64,000 bases of DNA. It comes from Octopus vulgaris (Eukaryota). The DNA lies in the NCBI GenBank assembly GCA_951406725.2, contig OX597822.1:65410001-65474000 (forward strand). The letters are read 5' to 3'. The position numbers were made by a program, and so were the translations under genes. This document shows, piece by piece, positions 14,134-29,458 of the stretch; position 1 is the stretch's first letter; each line of letters starts with the position of its first letter. The notes below the pieces were generated by a model. The model did no database searches and was not told the DNA's origin. It saw only the letters and a list, made by a program, of their open reading frames with translations.

Positions 14134-16269
14134 CAACAACAATAATGTTAATAATAATAATAATGAAGATGATAATAAAAATGGAATGTTTTGATGTCTT
14201 CTCTGCATTAAAAATAATAAAGATAATAATAATACAAATCATAGCACGATGTTGATATTTACAATAGTGATTGCATGATAAAATAGCTGGTAAGCATTGA
14301 TAATTATTACGACAACAACACAATACTCTATTATACATAGTCGCCCAACGGCCAAGGCTACTCATGGCGTACATTAACGATTATCGTATAATTTCTATAG
14401 AAAATAAACAGAAGGATATTTAATGTACTGTTTGACCTTGTCTAACCTTTAGCAAGTTAATTACGTCTGTATTATAAATATTTCTTTAATTACGTGAACC
14501 GAGAGTGTGTATAAATCTCAGTGAATAACTTATGTGAATGATCTTTTGATGTTCTTAATTATTTTCTGTTTTCCAAATGCCTTCTTTCCCAGAGGTTTGT
14601 ATATCTTGGCTGCGACATATAAACCGATCATTGGAGTAGAACTGATATATACTCTACACTATACAACATTCATTTCTTTCTTTGACATTTCTACCTACAA
14701 AAGTCCATTCATCGTAGTGATTCCAAAAGTATGGCCATAGCCTGATTAATCGTCTAAGACGTAATGTTTGCCATTCCTGGCATTAGTTTATTTCTTTGTC
14801 TGCTCTCTATAATTAGCAATTATTGATTAACGATTTTTACTTTTTCTATATTCATCTTTATGTGCTTATTTGCCAAATGCTTCGCCGCCTTTTCTTTGAT
14901 TTCACTGCATATGTGCCCTATAACATTCTAACTGCCCCATTCACCATCGCAACATGTCTGGTCGTCTGTCGAGGGAAAACCGCTCTATTCTCCAACCTAA
15001 CCGTTCTTTTATGATAGCTAGCGGCTCCATTAGTTTCTTTTCTTTCTCAAATCTGTACTATTGCAAAATCTGTTCATTAAACAAAACTCATAGCTTTTTA
15101 GTCTTACGAAATTCCTTTAAGCATTTGTCTGAGCTGTACTTTCATTAATGACTGACATTAATATCATCAGTTATTTTAGCTTTCTTATTTCCCTACCTCG
15201 TTTCATTATACTGAATCTTGTCTAATATTGTCTATAAAGCTAATTTCTCCTATAATATTTCTCCTTGCATGGAAGAAATTAGCTTAGGTTAGGGTCAAAT
15301 TACATTTGTAGGGTTAATGTGTTTCTTAATACGTATGGAGACTGCCACAAATACTTAAATGACATACTGTCATTTATTCGCACACGTCAAATCTCACACA
15401 ATTTTCTTTCATTTTCTCAGTTATAAATCTACCATTCTTCAGCATCCAACTTTTGCTTTCTTCCTTTTCTTCATTGAAAATCTAACCCCATACTTCTCAC
15501 TCCCACGTCCCTCTTCGAACACAGACTCATCCACACATTACCACTCTCAAAGCACAGTTTTACCCACACCTACACATTCTCCATTCTCCCTTTTTTACTG
15601 AGCGCCTCAAAGAGAAGGACTAAGGTATTTGTCATAGACTTACACTGACATATATATTAACGAAAACTCTCTGGCAAGCGTACGTGCACACAAATACACG
15701 CATACTTCACACATACACACACATTACTGCTTCCACCCAAACTCGTGCACAAACATTCTCTGATATATTTACCTCACATTCCTCTCTTTAACCAGTAATA
15801 ATTAGAAAATGCACTATATATTTTCTAATTGTGTTCTGATCTTCGACCACAGTAGTAAATGTAGTCGATAACCTGCTTGACCGACTGCCAACTAAAGTGT
15901 CGAAGATCCATATTTATTTTCCAATCCTTTCGTGCTACTTGTAGTAAATCCATTTAACTCTCCTTTCATCCTTAGCAGTTATACGGAAACAGCTACGATG
16001 AGTGAACACAAATTACCACTATAAGCAACGTCAACATTGCATATCTAAGAAATGATTAGCAATTAACAATGCTAGTTTCACATATTTCCATAAATTAAAC
16101 TTGATGAGATAAATTCCACCTGGCTGAGTAACACAAAATCTTCACACTGGATCTCCCATCTGCGATGACCTAACATCTTATGTAATTCACTTCATCTATC
16201 CTCATTTATTCCCCTCCTCACTTTTGATAATGCAACTTCGAAATAATTCTTTCTGCAATAAAAACAAAG

Positions 16270-16435
16270 TCTGAAATTTCAAGGGATGGCGTTTGTCGAT
16301 TACCGGTACTTAATTCATCGACTCTGAAAGGATGAAAGGCAAAGTCAACTTCGGTGGAATTTGAACTCAGAACACAAAGACAAACGAAATGTCACTATGT
16401 ATTTTCTCCGGTGCTCTAGCAATTCAGCCAGCTCG
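16270..16435 (-). mobile_element. Diverged SINE family A
   Basis: gaaaggatgaaaggcaaagtcaacttcggtggaatttgaactcagaac. Confidence 0.75.
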
Positions 16436-17434
16436 TGACCCTTCAGTTTTGTAATAATGGTGATAAAGAGATATATTTTGAAATAAATGTTGGGTCGATC
16501 AGGAGTTATAGTTGTGTGAGCTGCTTTGTTCTGTGGAATGTTATATGCTGCAGTTTTATTCAGTTAGCGATAATTCTCCTACTTTCAAGATTTCTGTCTG
16601 GGCTAAATATGAAAAAAAATCTTTGTCAGATCAAAACACACTTAATCTTCGCAGTTCACTATAAATATTACATCTGTAGCCAATACAAGAACCTACATAG
16701 TTAGAAGCACGCTAAACATGGCAAAATATTACCATATTCAAGAGTCTGGATTATAGACTGCCGCTCGGCTCATCACATCGTTGTGGGCATTGCTTTTCTC
16801 AAAGATTAGATGTTGGAGTATGTTTGGAGTGTTTATTTAAAATATATTCTAAGTATAATAATAACTATTTGACCTTCTGCGGCATACTCTCTCGAGGCTT
16901 ATGAGGTTGCCGAAATTTGCGTTCATTTTCAACAGAAACACCTATGGGAAGAAAGGAGTCTTTAAGAAGAGCTTCCTGAGGATAGTTTTCGTGGGGAATA
17001 AGGACTGAAAAATTTGGTTAGTGCAGGGCCTGAAAAGAATGCATGAGAAGAGAAAGAAATACAGAAGAGCTTAGTTGGATGTCAAAGGTAAATGGGTAGG
17101 TCTGATAAGGCAGAGGCCGTTGTAGTCGCCGTGAAAATGATAGACTGAGGAGACAGCATGGACTAGAGATTCGAATGTGTTTGTGAAAGAGTCCTTGTCC
17201 ATCAGCATGTTATTTTTCTATGGAATTTTGAAATGCAGTTCACAATGTTTCTGTGTATAGAAACACAGCTATTTTAAATGCAGTGGTAGAATTCCATTGA
17301 ATTTTACGCTGGAGCTTCTTAGAGCGTCATCTGCTTTTAAAAAGACTATTGGACGTGAAGCCATTGTACATATGATCACCAGCAGTGACTGTAAGGCCTA
17401 TCATATAAAAAAAGTATTAATAATGTTATATATA

Positions 17435-17913
<479 letters not shown>

Positions 17914-18517
17914 AGGGCGTATGTACACTTTGTTCTATTAATAATGTTAACTGCGTTTCATCCACCATTAGAAAGTATTAAGTAGAATATTTTGTGTTTT
18001 GTGATATTTATAAATTCTAGAGAGAGGATCTGTGGAAATACGGATAAAGCTATTACTCTTACACTGTATTCATCTACTCTACCGTTTCAAATTATTTCCT
18101 TGTACGATGCACCTTCTAAATACACCACAATGCTACACTGCTACGCAACGACATTGTTTTAATGTTTCATTACCTTAAAAGCTGTCACAACGGAATATTC
18201 TACATATATCTTTTCTATTAAAGAAACAGTAACATCGGCAACAATAACAACATCAACAAAAGGAAAAAAAAACAACATATATTCAAACAATGCCTGAACA
18301 CAAGAGTAACAAAAGCTACCTTAAAGTTGCTTGTATTCATTCGTTGCGCAAAATGAAGAGAAACCGTCTATTTTTAGGTATTATTGTAGCAATAGTTGCA
18401 AGAGATAACGTGTGCTCATTCTACGTAAGAACCTATCTCTAATTGTCTTTGTGACAATGTATAATTTTAACATCAGTAAAAACAAGTTCACGTTGTTGTT
18501 GATGCTCTTGTTCCTGC

Positions 18518-18549
<32 letters not shown>

Positions 18550-18996
18550 ATGATGAAGATGATGATTTTTTTTTTTTCCACGGAAATGATCCAATAAGGT
18601 TTTTCTTTAAATTTCTTTCTTTGAAATAAATGGTCTGTGTTACTTGGCACAGAAATGGAAAATAATAGATGTTTGGAAAACAGAAAAGGAGGAAAAAAAA
18701 ACCAACAACAAAAAAACATTGAATATTTTTTAAAGACAATACTTTCTCAAAGACACAGACGGATATTAAGCTGATGAAAATAGATGTTATACACACACAC
18801 GCACAAACACACACACATATATATGTATATTGACGTATATATATGTATATATATATATACATGTATGTATATGTGTATACATATATACATATATATGCAT
18901 ATGTGTGAATATTTACATAAATATTCATATATATATAAATGCATGTGTGCGTATATATATGCATATATGTATATATATATATGTATATATGTATGC

Positions 18997-19066
<70 letters not shown>

Positions 19067-19344
19067 ATAAAACATAAAATACAAAATTGTATTCATGAAT
19101 ATGTCTACCATATCTATTCTGAATATTTAAGGTAAATTTCGTTTCGAGTAATATACTCATTTTCTTTGTTTCCCGTTTTGTGAAACAAAGTCAACTGTAT
19201 TTAGTAGAAGTATAAATAGAAAATTTAACCTTTTGGACGTATGCTTTTTGTGTGCTTGCTTCCTTCTCTCTGGTTTGTACCATTCTCTTTCTAAAGTTTT
19301 TAAAAATATAACGAATATAACTTTTAATCTAAGAAAATATTTCT

Positions 19345-19389
<45 letters not shown>

Positions 19390-19398
<9 letters not shown>

Positions 19399-19600
19399 AT
19401 GTGACCGCGTGTGTATCGTTGGTGATTTTCTTTCTCCGTCTTTCCTCCTTTGGACTTTTTCTTTTTTTCTATATTTCTGACGAAGAGCTCCACTCCAAAC
19501 GTGAATTCCTCCTTCTTTCTTTCCTTTCCTGAGCGTCCAATACGACTATACTCACTCCACGTCCTCGCGTTTTTTTGTTTTCTCTTTTTTCATGATTTTT
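19390..19600 (+). mobile_element. PLE-like pseudo-LTR remnant with mutated hammerhead core
   Basis: CTGACGA-agag ctcca ctc-cAAAcgt at 19477-19502 (G12 lost), following (TA)n. Confidence 0.45.
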
Positions 19601-19730
19601 TAAGCCCCGCAAAAGAACTCGAAATGTTGGACCTCCAACCAAGAATTTTGCAATACCCTTAAATCCAGGAACTTTTCCACACATTCTCTTATAAATATAT
19701 ACGTACACATACATACATACATACATACAT

Positions 19731-19779
<49 letters not shown>

Positions 19780-19780
<1 letters not shown>

Positions 19781-20003
19781 GTGTGTGTGTATATGTTTGT
19801 GTGTCTGTGTTTGTCCCTCCAACATCGCTTGACTCCCGATGCTGGTGTGTTTACGTCCCCGTAACCTAGCGGTTCGGCAAATGAGACCGATAGAATAAGT
19901 ACTAGGCTTACAAATAATAAGTCCTGGGGGCGATTTGCTCGACTAAAGGCGGTGTTGCAGCATGGCCGTTGTCAAATGACTGAAACAAGTAAAAGAGTAA
20001 AAG
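19780..20003 (+). mobile_element. 3' half of SINE family B
   Basis: gcggttcggcaaatgagaccgatagaataagtactaggc...gactaaaggcggtgttgcagcatggcc...gaaacaagtaaaagagtaaaag. Confidence 0.8.
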
Positions 20004-20691
20004 GATTATGGTCCTGTGTAGTAGTAGCGAAATAGAAAACATGGCATTGGCAAACTTCTTAATCAAGTCACTACAACCGCAATAAATAATAACAGAAAGT
20101 CACCGTTTCATGCCGCATCCTTGACGATTTAGGCTACACGTATATTTACGTTGAGTTTGATGGAAATTCATCGAATCCGTTCACAAGGCTTTAGTTCATC
20201 CGGGGCTCTAGCAGACGGCAGTTGCTCAAGGTGCTGCGCAGTGAGGCTGACCCGAACCAAATGGTTGTGAAGGAAATCTCTTAACCACACAGCATTCCTG
20301 CGCATATAATAATGAATTACGCAATGAGAATGATCCAAACGACGATCTCGGTATCTCTTGCATGTAAAGCGAATGATCTCCCATCTGAACTAATTTCCCT
20401 TGAGCAAGGGAATCAATGTCGACAGTGGTTTATCAAACATGATTTCGGTTTTCTGTTTTGTTCACCATCGCATTGTTCTCTCTTTTTCTCTTTACTTACA
20501 TGAAGCCCGCTGTCTATAAGTGTGTGTGTGTGTGGCGGGTTCGTATGTGTATATGGGTGCATAAAAATGGGTAGGTAAGGGTGTCTTTGTGTTGCTTGAT
20601 AACCAGCGTTGGCCTGTTTATATCCCCGTAGCTTATCAGGTAGTTGAAAGTGCGAAAGCGCCCGGCTACATAAATTCCAAGCTGAATAAAA

Positions 20692-20722
<31 letters not shown>

Positions 20723-21310
20723 ATACCGCGGTCGATTCATTCGAATAAGAAATTCTCTACGGTGGTGCCCTAGCATGGCCGATGTCTAATGACTGAGTCA
20801 AATAAAAGGTAAAAGGTAAAAGATAGAAATAGTATATCTGAACCACATTATGGAAATGTCTCATTCTTCATAAAATCGGTTGGCTCGTGGAGTGACGTAA
20901 GAGTGAATTCGCTGTTATTTCTAGCAGTTTACTTACACGGCCTAAAAACATAAAGAAGTGGAGGAATGATCCCGAAAAGCATTGTGCCATAGTGGCAGTG
21001 GTGGAGTTGACTGTACAATCTTTACTTTCTTAAATTAGAAACGACCACCACTGTGTCAGATAGATTTAAGTGAGAAGCTTAAATGCTGAGGAATTTCTTA
21101 GTGATGTTAATCACTTAAACGAAACCGTTTTGCGAGTGTGTATTCATGTTTCGTATGGGTACGGCCTGAAAATATTACTAAACCTGACATAAGACAATCA
21201 CCTTGATTGTGTTGTTGTTGTTGTTGTTGTTGTTTTTTGTTGTTGTTGTTCGTGATTATGAAGATGATGATTGACGTCGATAGCGGTGATGGTTATGATT
21301 ATAAAAAAAA

Positions 21311-21543
21311 AGGCGGCGAGTTGGCAGAATCGTTAGCACGCTGGGCGAAATGCTTATTGGTATTTCGTCTGCCATTACGTTCTGAGTTCAAATTCCGCCG
21401 AGGTCAACTTTGCCTTTCATCCTTTCGGGGTCGATAAATTAAGTACCAGTTACGCACTGGGGTCGATGTAATCGACTTAATCCGTTTGTTTGTCCTTGTT
21501 TGTCCCCTCTGTGTTTCGCCTCTTGTGGGTAGTAAAGAAATAG
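21311..21543 (+). mobile_element. Full-length SINE family A
   Basis: A/B boxes and full body as at 6739, flanked by ggttatgattata on both sides (possible TSD). Confidence 0.88.
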
Positions 21544-21676
21544 GTTATGATTATATGAAAGGCGTTAAGTCGAGGGGTTAAGTCGATTATATCGACCCCA
21601 ATTTTCACTGGTACTTAATTTATCGACCCCGAAAGGATGAAAAGCAAAGGCGACCTCGGCGGAAAAATGATGATGA

Positions 21677-21720
<44 letters not shown>

Positions 21721-21847
21721 ATAATAATAATAATAATAATTTCGACTATGATTACGATCGCCGCTCTAATAAAGATAATAACGACAGCAGTCGTAGTCAT
21801 CATCACAGTAGTAGTAGTAGTAGTAGTAATAGTAGTAGTAGCAGTAG

Positions 21848-21878
<31 letters not shown>

Positions 21879-22130
21879 GGTGATTGTGGTGGTGGTGATT
21901 GTGGTGGTGGTGGTGGTGGTGGTGATTGTGGTGGTGGTGGTGGTTGTGTTGATGATGATGATGATGATGATCCTTTCTACTAGAAAGGTACAAGATCTGA
22001 AATTTCGGTGGGGGAGGGGGGGTTACGTCGATTATATCGACCCCAATTTTCACTGGTACTTAATTTATCGACCCCGAAAGGATGAAAAGCAAAGTCGACC
22101 TCGGCGGAAAAATGATGATGATGTTACTAT

Positions 22131-22244
<114 letters not shown>

Positions 22245-22289
22245 TAATAATAATAATAATAATCATAATGATATTTGAAATTTGAAAAT

Positions 22290-22550
22290 TGTATAGGTTA
22301 TGTCTATAATAATTGGTGTATTGGGAACTGTAAGCATAGATATAGACAAATGGCCGGTGGAGATTTCTATAAAATACCCTGCAGAGAATGTTTGCTCCTT
22401 AGCGACACGAAAGATTATCAGGAGAGTTTTAAGCACTTGAAAGACTATTGAATGCTTGTGGATACCTAGGGTAACATGTAGTAACCCGCTACCAACATGA
22501 ATTCTACCCGGAGTAAGAACGAACCTGAGTCAAATCAATGAGAGTAATAT
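22290..22550 (+). pseudogene. Decayed 3' end of R4/Dong-like LINE in a (TAA)n tract
   Basis: Translates to IIIGVLGTVSIDIDKW...RKIIRRVLST*, matching the REL-LINE C-terminus. (TAA)n lies on both sides. Confidence 0.6.
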
Positions 22551-22693
22551 TAATAATTATTATGATAATTATTATCATCATCTTCATAGATGATGAGGAT
22601 GATGATAATGATGATGATTACGACGACGACAATCATGATGATGATGATGATAATGAGGACGATGACGATGACGGTGATAATGATGGTAATGAC

Positions 22694-22738
<45 letters not shown>

Positions 22739-23725
22739 AATGTTGATGAGTATGTCGGCAATGATGGTAGCAAACTGCGAAGCCGAGGAATACATAAGGC
22801 GGCGACGACCATTATTACGATAAACGACGATGGCAATGATGACAATAATGATTACAACGAGGACGACGACGACGACGACCACAAAGACCACGACGATGAT
22901 GACAGTACTGCTGCTGATGCTACTGCTGCTGCTGACGACGATGATGATAAGAATGATGAATTCCAAGAAATCATCAATTATCATACGTGTCTCATTGTCC
23001 ATTGCACAGACTTTCAAAACAACATTTATTCCAGTGTTTTGTCAAGTTTCTACTCCATCGTTCTCCAATCTGAATCCCATTTTACGCCCTTTAGCCATTC
23101 ATCTCCTTCACACTTGTTATCATTTCTTCTGCCTTCGTCATTTTCTTAATCGCCCACTTCATTAGTCACATTGTTAGCCAGTTCCTAGTTGCTCTGCACT
23201 CAATTCATTTTCCACGTTTGCCCTCAAAACTATGATGTACTGTCCAGCTGTTTTCAGTCAGTTGAACATTTGTCTTGCTCTAGTTCACATTCTTTTGTCC
23301 TAATTGCCAACTATTGAACTACATTAATCAATCATTTTGTGGTCTTGTCTACCGCAAAGTCCACTTAGAATAGATCATTCACCGCAATTTTTCTTTCTTC
23401 ATCTCAATATTGTACCTGAACTACTTCGTTCATCCAACCCAACACCTGCGTATATTATGCTCGCGTTGGCAAGTGCACATCAAATATCACAAATATTTGA
23501 AATATTCACACATATATAGTTTTTCAAATTTTCATATAAATCACACACACACACACACACATACACACACATACACACATACTTTATTCTTTTACTCGTT
23601 TCAAATATGCGGCTGCGGTTATGCTGGGGCATTGCTATGTTCTTGCTGATTTCCTCAGTCTCACAACTCCTGTATGTACCTTTGTCGCATGTGTTGGCTC
23701 ATTTGGAATATATAATTTCCACAAG

Positions 23726-23769
23726 ACACCTGATGAAGGCTGGAGGGTATATCAGTCTAAACGTTGTGT
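23726..23769 (+). ncRNA. Minimal hammerhead motif (G12 mutated in this copy)
   Basis: acac-CTGATGA-a-ggctg..cagtc-tAAA-cg-TT-gtgt. The sister copy at 42673-42699 (minus) keeps cagccGAAAcgttgtgt. Confidence 0.6.
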
Positions 23770-23829
23770 TAACAACAAACAAGATGAGGACAAATATCAG
23801 TCAAGTATAAATAATGTAAATAATGTCCC

Positions 23830-24227
23830 AAACTTTGGCATCGAGAGTTACACAAATACTAGCACTGGGCGCCACTGCATAGTGCCAAGGACTCCAAATT
23901 TGCCATCAAGATGTAGGACAAAATACTACAATAGCCTGGGCTGCAGAGGTCTACAGCTCTTCAATATCCTCCGGAAGGACCTGAGAGAACTGCATGGGGT
24001 GGATGTAAGTGTCTTCAAAATAAAGCTGGACCTCTTCCTGTCAAGTGTCCCAGATGAACCAACTTCGCGGCACGAGGTGCAGATAAGGACAGCTGCATCA
24101 AACTCTCTCATGCACCAAATGTCAATTGCTAAAAAGCATTCGTAAAGTAAAATCATGTAGCAACACCAAATGGCGGTACCTCCGCATGGCCACAGCTCGT
24201 GAGCCGAAACTAGATGAAAACAAAAAA
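23830..24227 (+). mobile_element. 5'-truncated CR1/L2-type LINE 3' end inserted into the hammerhead element
   Basis: NSLGCRGLQLFNILRKDLRELHGVDVSVFKIKLDLFLSSVPDEP resembles the post-RT C-terminus of CR1/L2. It has a short 3' UTR and an A-rich end, with aatgtccc / aatgtacc as a possible TSD. Confidence 0.75.
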
Positions 24228-26004
24228 ATGTACCTTATTCCTCATCTCTTAAATATAGAGCTGGATTATATAAGCTGCTTATGAGGGAAAATAACCGAGT
24301 AGGTGTTGAAATCACGCCGAAGTGCATGCTTACAAATATAAAATCGTAAGACACATTTTTCGAGTGACAGATTAGAAGTTCTTGAACTGTAGCAACGTCG
24401 GTATCTGTGGTATGCTAATATATCTATTTCATTTTGTGAGGTTTTGTGCCTATGAAAAGAACGTCTTAACCTTGCCCATTCCACAGTCTATTTTAAGACA
24501 GCACCGAGTGCTATTTTTAATATGGTGGAGTATGTTTTGAGTAACATTTGACTATCATCTCTAGAACGTTGAGAGACCAAGTAGAGTTGCTTCGTTGATT
24601 CCTAGTTAGAATTAATGAAGTAGAAATATATGAAAATGGGTGACGACGTCGATGAAAATACTGCCATTTCTAGTGGTGGTGGTGATGATGATGATGATGA
24701 TGATGATGGTGGTGGTGATGATGATGATCAAAATATCGTTGTTACAATAATTACAATTTGTTATTTTTCTTGGGATGTCTCACTAAGAAATACTATTTTA
24801 ACTTTCTATTTTCACACCTCATAATTAACACACTACAGGGCATGCATTTTTTATTTATACATTTATATTTCAGTTACGTTTTTGTTGTATTTTCAACGGA
24901 ATATATAAGTTCTCTACGTCTCCCATTCTATTTTTCCTGCTGTTGTTTTCGCCTCATCCAGCATGAAATTGAGCGAGGAGCTAAAAAAAACAAAAAAATT
25001 ATTTTGTTGCAGATTTCAGGATACGTCTCAACTGTACTGAGAAGTTCCTGACTCAACGAAACGGTATATGAGCCGGAAAATAATACATTAGTAGAGCAGG
25101 ATATAATGGACGCTGACGTACAGGATAAAACTGTCAGCAGCCACAAAATATATCGTACACGTTCATTTCTATATTACACAAGGTCGTATTTATCTACCAT
25201 GAATGTATTTAACTAGCATGCATTTGGAAAATAATGTAAACAATTTGAAAATAACCGATAAATCGGATTCTCACAGCTATTAACACAGACACACTCCTTG
25301 TGCTAAGAAAATAAAACATCAACGAAGAGAAACGAACGAAAAAAAATATCCACAGAGGGCCGACGTATAATCATTAATAGCTATTTTTCTTTTCGTTCGT
25401 ATGCCACGTTGTTTACATTCGTAGTTACAATAGTGTGAAGGCCCATTTAACCTCTACTGTTTTGCTCTAAAAGCATTCTTTAGTTATGTAACTGATATAT
25501 TAGGCTTTGTAATCACAAACCGTATCAAAATATCCAGTGTCATTATCTGGGTGGGTTTATTTTGTCATCTATTACATGGCAGGAAAATGTGTAGATGCTA
25601 TTTTTGTTTAATATTTATATTTGTTTCTTAAAGAGTTTTCCTAATATCATTTCATAGCAGAATGCTGAGAAAACAGCATCGCGCCATTATGGCCAGACAT
25701 AAATCATTGTTATTTGTTAAGCTAACACAATACCTTTTTAGAAAATGCTTAAGTGTATTAGAAGTTGAATAGAAACTGTCTATTACGTGTATTTGGTTTA
25801 TAGCTACAGAGAGAGAGGCTGTTGCTTAGACCATAACCAGGTATATACGGTATATTTCATGTCAAGCCTTTTTAATCCGGCTTTTTAACTTTGACTCTAT
25901 TACATCCACTTCTCTGGTGTATATTACTCTTCGGATTAATTATCTATTCCATTTATCAAACATACCCCAGAATAATGGAGATATATCCTGAAATTTCAAT
26001 AATA

Positions 26005-26430
26005 GGCGCAGGAGTGGCTGTGTGGTAAGAAGATTGCTTCCCAACCACATGGTTCCGGGTTCAGTCCTACTGCGTAGCACTTTGGGCAAGTGTCTTTTGC
26101 TATAGCCTCGGGCCGACCAAAGCCTTGTGAGTGGATTTGGTAGACGGAAACTGAAAGAAGCCCGTCGTATATATATCTATAAGTATATATATGTATGTAT
26201 GTATGTGTTTGTTGTTTGTGTCTATGTTAGTCCCCCCCACCATCACTTGACAACTGATGTTGGTGTGTCTACGTCCCTGTCACTTAGCGGTTCGGCAAAA
26301 GAGACCAATAGAATAAGTACTATGCTTACAAAGAATAAGTCCTGGGGTCGATTTTATTCGACTAAAGTTAGTGTCCCAGCATGACCGCAGTCAAATGACT
26401 GAAACAAGTAAAAGAGTAAAAGAGTAAAAG
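26005..26430 (+). mobile_element. Full-length tRNA-derived SINE family B
   Basis: ggcgcaggagtggctgtgtggtaag...gggttcagtcc...ttgggcaagtgtc...gacggaaactgaaagaagcccgtcg, an internal microsatellite, and a (gtaaaaga)n tail. Confidence 0.88.
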
Positions 26431-28263
26431 AATGGTTTGGTATTTCAGGTCCTTTTCGTCATTTCTGCTTGGAAATATCAATTCATTTATTAAGTGAAAT
26501 TATTTTTTTCAACTACTTAAACTTTCTGATACTTCACTGTTTTTGCAAATTAATACAAAATATTAATAGTGGATTTATCTCAACTCTGACTAACTCGCGC
26601 TTTCTTTTCAGGAGAGAGTACGCGAGACCACATTATGTTATGTGAATTGCATGTTTAAGATAAGACATGATTTGAGTGAAATTTTAGTGGTTTATCTTAA
26701 GAGAAAAACCGACGACGTAGAGGTCCTCTCGGTTAGATATTAAAACAAAAACAAAAACAAAAGAGGTTGACTTTTAAAATACGCTATAATCAAGCAGCTC
26801 GAAACGAAGTTACCCGCTATTTCGCTTTGATTTCATAGTAAACCTTCAGATAATTTTCTTTACCTCGAAGTACAAATACAATTTATCTTCAGGGAAAGTA
26901 CGAGTGAGCAAAGGTTGTGAGGACTATTATGATTTTCTTAAATGCCATTTGGATGCAACTAAAATTCCATGGCAGTAAATACAGATTCGAAACCGGGTAG
27001 TAAGTTGGCAGACATTTAAGATCAGATAAACGCTTAAATGCCTACTTCAACATAATACTTATGTAACACACACAAAAAAATTAATATTGATTTCGTTTGT
27101 GTACTCAAAAGAGAAAATGTTTAGTAGAGGAATATTATTGATTAAATCGATTTCTGTATAGAACAATAAGATTTTTTTAAATCAAATTTTGTGAGATGAA
27201 AGTTAAAGTCGACTCAAGCGGACTATGAAATGACAAATTAACATACTCTAATCTCTCGGCTTCATGTCACAAAATATTGAAAATAAAATCATGTTTGTTC
27301 AGTGTAAAATGTAATTAAATTATCGATATCCATAAATCGAAGTTTTTAAAGACTTTGTCGTTATGAAAGTTCTTTCAATGCAAAAAAAAAAAAAAAGAAA
27401 AGTCCTTAAACATCAGAAATTGCAGAAGCGGTTATTAATATTTGATGAGGTCTGCTCAAAAACCCGTAGGATAAGATATACATTTATTTATTTTTTACTG
27501 AGAATAAAGTGAAATTAACACCAAAATGATCTCTATAGCTTCATATTAATTATGTGATAACGCTTGTAAAACATTTGCGTAGTTGTATTTAATGAAGACA
27601 AAGATTCAGAGCAAAAATGAAGAGTGTTCTCAGTATTGGGGTTTCTAGTATAAACTTATATATTTAAAAGTGGCATTTTCAAAATGATATCATATCATAT
27701 GCGTAATTGTTTCAGGCTGAAAATTTAGAGAACAGGACATCACTCTAATCAAATATTAGAATTTTACGTTAACTAACAAAGATTTTAAAAACGACTTAGA
27801 AGAAAACGTAATGATAGGAAATTCACTTGACTAAAAATTGAAGAATTCTATTACATATGAGCGTTTCATAACAAAAGCAAAGAGTGAAATTCCAATGGGT
27901 ATGAAATTCAATGTTCGAAAGGGAAGATGGCGCTTTCATTCCAAGTGTACCATGCATTTCAAATTCGGAATATCTTATGTTTAGTCAGCAAGAAAGTCGG
28001 TCGTTCGGTCGTTCCAGAGTAAGTCAAGGAATATATTAAAGTTTTTGTCTTTTTTGTTCGAGGGGATAAAAATTTTTTAAATGTGTTACTGTAATACACC
28101 ATGAGTCACACATATTCATTCATGCAAATATGATTTTATTATGGCCTGTATAGCATTATGATAAATATAGATAAGACATACGTATTCCTAATCTTACATA
28201 AACACGCACGAAACGATGTATGCATAGTTTGACCTACAGATACAAGCACATACATAAGTGTAA

Positions 28264-28325
<62 letters not shown>

Positions 28326-29192
28326 GTGTATGTGTATAAATATACAAGTATGTATATTCATATACACATACATACATACGCACATACATACATGCATATA
28401 TATTTACACACACATGTATCTATCTATCTACCTATCTACCTACCTACCTACCTACCTACCTACCTATCTGTCTGTCTGTCTATTCAACGTGCACAAATAC
28501 AAAGGAACAAATTCACGGATATACATACACTTGTATCTATATGCATACTCACACAGACACAGACACACAGACGCACACACACACGGTCTTATATATACCT
28601 AGATAAACAGATTAAGAGCGAGACAAAATATTGAACTACAAAAAAAAAAAAATAAGTCAGCTAAAAGCGGTAAACGATAAAGGTAAAAGTTCCTAAGGTC
28701 CGTTACATATATTTTTTGTTTTAATATGATGGCATTTACGTTCTTTTATCAGCGTTCTTTTTATCATCTGGATTATATAAAAAAATGGTGAAGATAGTAT
28801 TTAAAGATAGAGCTCTTTACTATTGCATATTAGAATGTAACTATGATAAATAGCTTTTGCTATTGTACTTTCTATCTACTCTCACATACACCACAAGCAC
28901 TCACACATACAAACATGTATTATTTATATACATATAAGTGAGTGTATGTTTACGTGTGTATTTGTGTAGGTGTGTGTATGTGCGCTGGTGTGTGTGTGGG
29001 TACATGTGCGTTTGTGTGTGTGTGAGTGTGCGTTGTATCCACATTTCGGTATGCCGAAGTAGGTATGTATGAAAATAGAATTATTTACTATTTCATATAT
29101 AAAAACAAAATCATATCAATATTAGACACACGCACACACAAGCACACACATACAAGTACACACACACACACACTTATTGGCATAAGGCATAC

Positions 29193-29375
<183 letters not shown>

Positions 29376-29421
29376 TGTCTATCTCTTCCTTTGTATCTCT
29401 TTATATATGTATGTATGTATG

Positions 29422-29456
<35 letters not shown>

Positions 29457-29458
<2 letters not shown>

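Noticed and set aside
14700-15100. Possible highly decayed RTE-type LINE on the minus strand
   Set aside because: Only faint motif echoes (GHVARM-like), too degenerate to call by eye.
22538-23149. 203-aa Asp-rich ORF
   Set aside because: It is a (GAT/GAC)n trinucleotide tract with no domain or splice evidence.
25012-25182. Possible host exon (ttttgttgcag acceptor, short ATG frame MDADVQDK...)
   Set aside because: All frames from the acceptor contain stops, the donor is weak and there is no recognisable homology. RNA-seq would be needed.
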